DNA from: Macrostomum hystrix
Taxonomy: Eukaryota > Animalia > Platyhelminthes
Assembly (NCBI GenBank): GCA_950097015.1
Contig: CATNEN010000038.1
Coordinates: forward strand, 35,281,954-35,345,953
DNA length: 64,000 bases
Reading direction: 5' to 3'
Shown: piece by piece, positions 59,101 to 64,000 of the stretch
Numbering within the stretch: position 1 is the first letter of the stretch
Layout of the letters: every line of letters starts with the position of its first letter
Translations under genes and position numbers: made by a program
Notes under the pieces: generated by a model
The model's database searches: none
Told to the model about the DNA's origin: nothing
The model's input: the letters and a program-made list of their open reading frames with translations, nothing else

Positions 59101-62100
59101 TCAGTCCAGTAGCTTTGCAGTCCTGAAGAATCTCAGTCCAGTAGCTTTGCAGTCCTGAAGAATCTCAGTCCTGTAGCTTTGCAGTCCTGAAGAATTTAGT
59201 CCAGTAGCTTTGCAGTTCTGAAGAATCTCAGTCCAGTAGCTTTGCAGTCCTGAAGAATCTCAGTCCAGTAGCTTTGCAGTCCTGAAGAATCTCAGTCCAG
59301 TAGCTTTGCAGTCCTAAAGAATCTCAGTCCAGTAGCTTTGCAGTCCTCAAGAATCTCAGTCCAGTAGCTTTGCAGTCCTGAAGAATCTCATTCCAGTAGC
59401 TTTGCAGTCCTGAAAAATCCCAGTCCAGTAGATTTGCAGTCCTGTAGAATCTCAGTCCAGTAGGTTTGCAGTCCTGAAGAATCCCAGTCCAGTAGCTTTG
59501 CAGTCCTGTAGAATCTCAGTCCAGTAGCTTTGCAGTCCTGAAAAATCCCAGTCCAGTAGCTTTCCAGTCCTGAAGAATCTCAGTCCAGTAGCTTTGCAGT
59601 CCTGAAGAATCTCAGTCCAGTAGCTTTCCAGTCCTGAAGAATCTCGGTCCAGTAACTTTGCAGTCCTAAAGAATCTCAGTCCAGTAGCTTTGCAGTCCTG
59701 AAGAATCCCAATCCAGTAGCTTTGCAGTCCTGTAGAATCTCAGTCCAGTAGCTTTGCAGTCCTGAAGAATCCCAGTCCAGTAGCTTTGCAGTCCTGAAGA
59801 ATCTCAGTCCTGTAGCTTTGCAGTCCTGAAGAATTTAGTCCAGTAGCTTTGCAGTTCTGAAGAATCTCAGTCCAGTAGCTTTGCAGTCCTGAAGAATCTC
59901 ATTCCAGTAGCTTTGCAGTCCTGAAGAATCCCAGTCCAGTAGATTTGCAGTCCTGTAGAATCTCAGTCCAGTAGGTTTGCAGTCCTGAAGAATCCCAGTC
60001 CAGTAGCTTTGCAGTCCTGTAGAATCTCAGTCCAGTAGCTTTGCAGTCCTGAAAAATCCCAGTCCAGTAGCTTTGCAGTCCTAAAGAATCTCAGTCCAGT
60101 AGCTTTGCAATCCCGAAGAATCTCATTCCAGTAGCTTGGCAGTCCTGAAGAATCTCAGTCCAGTAGCTTTGCAGTCCTGTAGAATCTCATTCCGGTAGCT
60201 TTGCAGTCCTGAAGAATCTCAGTCTGGTAGCTTTGCAGTCCTGAAGAATGTCAGTCCATTAATTGGCTTTGCAGTCCTTAAGAATCTCAGTCCAGTAGCT
60301 TTGCAGTCCTGAAGAATCTCAATCCAGTAGCTTTGCAGTCCTGAAGAATCTCATTCCAGTAGCTTTGCAGTACTTAAGAATCTCGGTCCAGTAACTTTGC
60401 AGTCCTGAAGAATCTCATTCCAGTAGCTTTGCAGTCCTGAAGAATCCCAGTCCAGTAGCTTTGCAGTCCTGTAGAATCTCAGTCCAGTAGCTTTGCAGTC
60501 CTGAAGAATCTCAGTCCAGTAGCTTTGCAGTCCTGAAGAATCTCAGTCCAGTAGCTTTGCAGTCCTGAAGAATTTAGTCCAGTAGCTTTGCAGTTCTGAA
60601 GAATCTCAGTCCAGTAGCTTTGCAGTCCTGAAGAATCTCAGTCCTGTAGCTTTGCAGTCCTGAAGAATTTAGTCCAGTAGCTTTGCAGTTCTGAAGAATC
60701 TCAGTCCAGTAGCTTTGCAGTCCTGAAGAATCTCAGTCCAGTAGCTTTCCAGTCCTGAAGAATCTCAGTCCAGTAGCTTTGCAGTCCTGAAGAATCTCAG
60801 TCCAGTAGCTTTGCAGTCCTGAAGAATCTCAGTCCTGTAGCTTTGCAGTCCTGAAGAATTTAGTCCAGTAGCTTTGCAGTTCTGAAGAATCTCAGTCCAG
60901 TAGCTTTGCAGTCCTGAAGAATCTCAGTCCAGTAGCTTTGCAGTCCTGAAGAATATCAGTCCAGTAGCTTTGCAGTCCTAAAGAATCTCAGTCCAGTAGC
61001 TTTGCAGTCCTCAAGAATCTCAGTCCAGTAGCTTTGCAGTCCTGAAGAATCTCAGTCCAGTAGCTTTGCAGTCCTGAAGAATCTCAGTCCAGTAGCTTTG
61101 CAGTCCTTAAGAATCTCAGTCCAGTAGCTTTGCAGTCCTCAAGAATTTCAGTCCAGTAGCTTTGCAGTCCTGAAGAATCCCAGTCCAGTAGCTTTGCAGT
61201 CGTGAAGAATCTCAGTCCAGTAGCTTTGCAGTCCTGAAGAATCTCTGTCCAGTAGCTTTGCAGTCCTGTAGAATTTCAGTCAAGTAGCTTTGCAGTCCTC
61301 AAGAATCATAGTCCGGTAGCTTTGCAGTCCTGAAGAATCTCTGTCCAGTAGCTTTGCAGTCCTGAAGAATTTCAGTCCAGTAGGTTTGCAGTCCTGAAGA
61401 ATCCCAGTCCAGTAGCTTTGCAGTCCTGAAGAATCTCAGTCCAGTAGGTTTGCAGTCCTGAAGAGTCTCAGTCCAGTAGGTTTGCAGCCTTAAAGAGTTT
61501 AAGTCCAGTAGCTTTGCAGTCCTGAAGAATCTCACTCCATTAGCTTTGCAATCCCGAAGAATCTCAGTCCAGTAGCTTTGCAGTTCTGAAGAATCTCAGT
61601 CCAGTAGCTTTGCAGTCTAGAAGAATCTCAGTCTAGTAGCTTTGCAGTCCTGAAGAATCTCAGTCCAGTAGCTTTGCAGTCCTGAAGAATCTCATTCCAG
61701 TAGCTTTGCAGTCCTTAAGAATCTCATTCCAGTAGCTTTGCAGTCCTGAAGAATCTCATTCCAGTAGCTTTGCAGTCCTGAAGAATCCCAGTCCAGTAGA
61801 TTTGCAGTCCTGTAGAATCTCAGTCCAGTAGGTTTGCAGTCCTGAAGAATCCCAGTCCAGTAGCTTTGCAGTCCTTTAGAATCTCAGTCCAGTAGCTTTG
61901 CAGTCCTGAAGAATCCCAGTCCAGTGGCTTTGCAGTCCTGAATAATCTCAGTCCAGTAGCTTTGCAATCCCGAAGAATCTCATTCCGGTAGCTTTGCAGT
62001 CCTGAAGAATCTCAGTCCAGTAGCTTTGCAGTCCTGTAGAATCTCATTCCGGTAGCTTTGCAGTCCTGAAGAATCTCAGTCCGGTAGCTTTGCAGTCCTG

Positions 62101-64000
62101 AAGAATCTCTGTCCAGTAGCTTTGCAGTCCTGTAGAATTTCAGTCCAGTAGGTTTGCAGTCCTGAAGAATCTCAGTCCAGTGGGTTTGCAGCTTTAAAGA
62201 ATTTAAGTCCAGTAGCTTTGCAGTCCTGAAGAATCTCACTCCAGTGGCTTTGCAATCCCGAAGAATCTCATTCCAGTAGCTTTGCAGTCCTGAAGAATCT
62301 CAGTCCAGTAGCTTTGCAGTCCTGTAGAATCTCATTCCGGTAGCTTTGCAGTCCTGAAGAATCTCAGTCTGGTAGCTTTGCAGTCCTGAAGAATGTCAGT
62401 CCATTAATTGGCTTTGCAGTCCTTAAGAATCTCAGTCCAGTAGCTTTGCAGTCCTGAAGAATCTCAATCCAGTAGCTTTGCAGTCCTGAAGAATCTCATT
62501 CCAGTAGCTTTGCAGTACTTAAGAATCTCGGTCCAGTAACTTTGCAGTCCTGAAGAATCTCATTCCAGTAGCTTTGCAGTCCTGAAGAATCCCAGTCCAG
62601 TAGCTTTGCAGTCCTGTAGAATCTCAGTCCAGTAGCTTTGCAGTCCTGAAGAATCTCAGTCCAGTAGCTTTGCAGTCCTGAAGAATCTCAGTCCTGTAGC
62701 TTTGCAGTCCTGAAGAATTTAGTCCAGTAGCTTTGCAGTTCTGAAGAATCTCAGTCCAGTAGCTTTGCAGTCCTGAAGAATCTCAGTCCTGTAGCTTTGC
62801 AGTCCTGAAGAATCTCATTCCAGTAGCTTTGCAGTCCTGAAGAATCTCAGTCCAGTAGCTTTGCAGTCCTGAAGAATCTCAGTCCAGTAGCTTTCCAGTC
62901 CTGAAGAATCTCAGTCCAGTAGGTTTGCAGTCCTGAAGAATCTCAGTCCAGTAGCTTTGCAGTCCTGAAGAATCTCAGTCCTGTAGCTTTGCAGTCCTGA
63001 AGAATTTAGTCCAGTAGCTTTGCAGTTCTGAAGAATCTCAGTCCAGTAGCTTTGCAGTCCTGAAGAATCTCAGTCCAGTAGCTTTGCAGTCCTGAAGAAT
63101 CTCAGTCCAGTAGCTTTGCAGTCCTAAAGAATCTCAGTCCAGTAGCTTTGCAGTCCTTAAGAATCTCAGTCCAGTAGCTTTGCAGTCCTGAAGAATCTCA
63201 GTCCAGTAGCTTTGCAGTCCTGAAGAATCTCAGTCCAGTAGCTTTGCAGTCCTTAAGAATCTCAGTCCAGTAGCTTTGCAGTCCTCAAGAATTTCAGTCC
63301 AGTAGCTTTGCAGTCCTTAAGAATCCCAGTCCAGTAGCTTTGCAGTCGTGAAGAATCTCAGTCCAGTAGCTTTGCAGTCCTGAAGAATCTCTGTCCAGTA
63401 GCTTTGCAGTCCTGTAGAATTTCAGTCAAGTAGCTTTGCAGTCCTCAAGAATCATAGTCCGGTAGCTTTGCAGTCCTGAAGAATCTCTGTCCAGTAGCTT
63501 TGCAGTCCTGAAGAATTTCAGTCCAGTAGGTTTGCAGTCCTGAAGAATCTCAGTCCAGTAGCTTCGCAGTCCTGAAGAATCTCAGTCCAGTAGGTTTGCA
63601 GTCCTGAAGAGTCTCAGTCCAGTAGGTTTGCAGCCTTAAAGAGTTTAAGTCCAGTAGCTTTGCAGTCCTGAAGAATCTCACTCCAGTAGCTTTGCAATCC
63701 CGAAGAATCTCAGTCCAGTAGCTTTGCAGTTCTGAAGAATCTCAGTCCAGTAGCTTTGCAGTTCTGAAGAATCTCAGTCCAGTAGCTTTGCAGTCTAGAA
63801 GAATCTCAGTCTAGTAGCTTTGCAGTCCTGAAGAATCTCAGTCCAGTAGCTTTGCAGTCCTGAAGAATCTCATTCCAGTAGCTTTGCAGTCCTTAAGAAT
63901 CTCATTCCAGTAGCTTTGCAGTCCTGAAGAATCTCATTCCAGTAGCTTTGTAGTCCTGAAGAATCCCAGTCCAGTAGATTTGCAGTCCTGTAGAATCTCA
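44154..64000. repeat. Giant 32-bp satellite array (over 19.8 kb, about 620 units) with higher-order structure, at the intron-2 position of Ly6 copy E
   Basis: Continuous gaatctcagtccagtagctttgcagtcctgaa units to the window end, with recurring ordered blocks of variants. Confidence 0.98.

Noticed and set aside
44154-64000. CRISPR-like periodicity and short ORFs (47353, 58548, 61299, 62012)
   Set aside because: No unique spacers and no cas genes, in a eukaryotic context. The ORFs are chance stop-free runs in the satellite.

Overview
Eukaryotic, spliced, repeat-rich invertebrate DNA. A free-living flatworm such as Macrostomum is plausible from the style of the sequence but is unverified. From 0 to 7 kb: a small Cys-containing ORF, a 21-bp minisatellite, a two-exon divergent UFD1 homologue (-) and a two-exon secreted WSC + PAN/Apple-like gene (+). 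From 12 to 64 kb: a cluster of small, probably GPI-anchored Ly6/uPAR (three-finger) genes that the ORF track mostly misses. It holds three complete 3-exon copies (B, C, D), a divergent copy A whose signal exon was not found, a copy E whose exon 3 lies beyond the window, and one truncated remnant. They are arranged as a minus-strand block and a plus-strand block, head to head. All four copies with a complete domain have an atypical 8-Cys LU domain. Among B-E the signal exon and intron flanks are nearly identical, as is the GPI tail among B-D, while the finger loops are hypervariable. In B-E the phase-0 intron that splits the domain carries the same 32-bp (16+16) satellite in the same orientation relative to the gene, from about 0.9 kb up to more than 19.8 kb. 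Interspersed are a degenerate Gypsy LTR element, an R1/LOA-like LINE fragment, an RTE LINE inside one satellite, a decayed Crypton-type tyrosine-recombinase element in the divergent promoter region, tRNA-derived SINEs and several MITEs. All alignments and translations were done by eye; no database searches were run.
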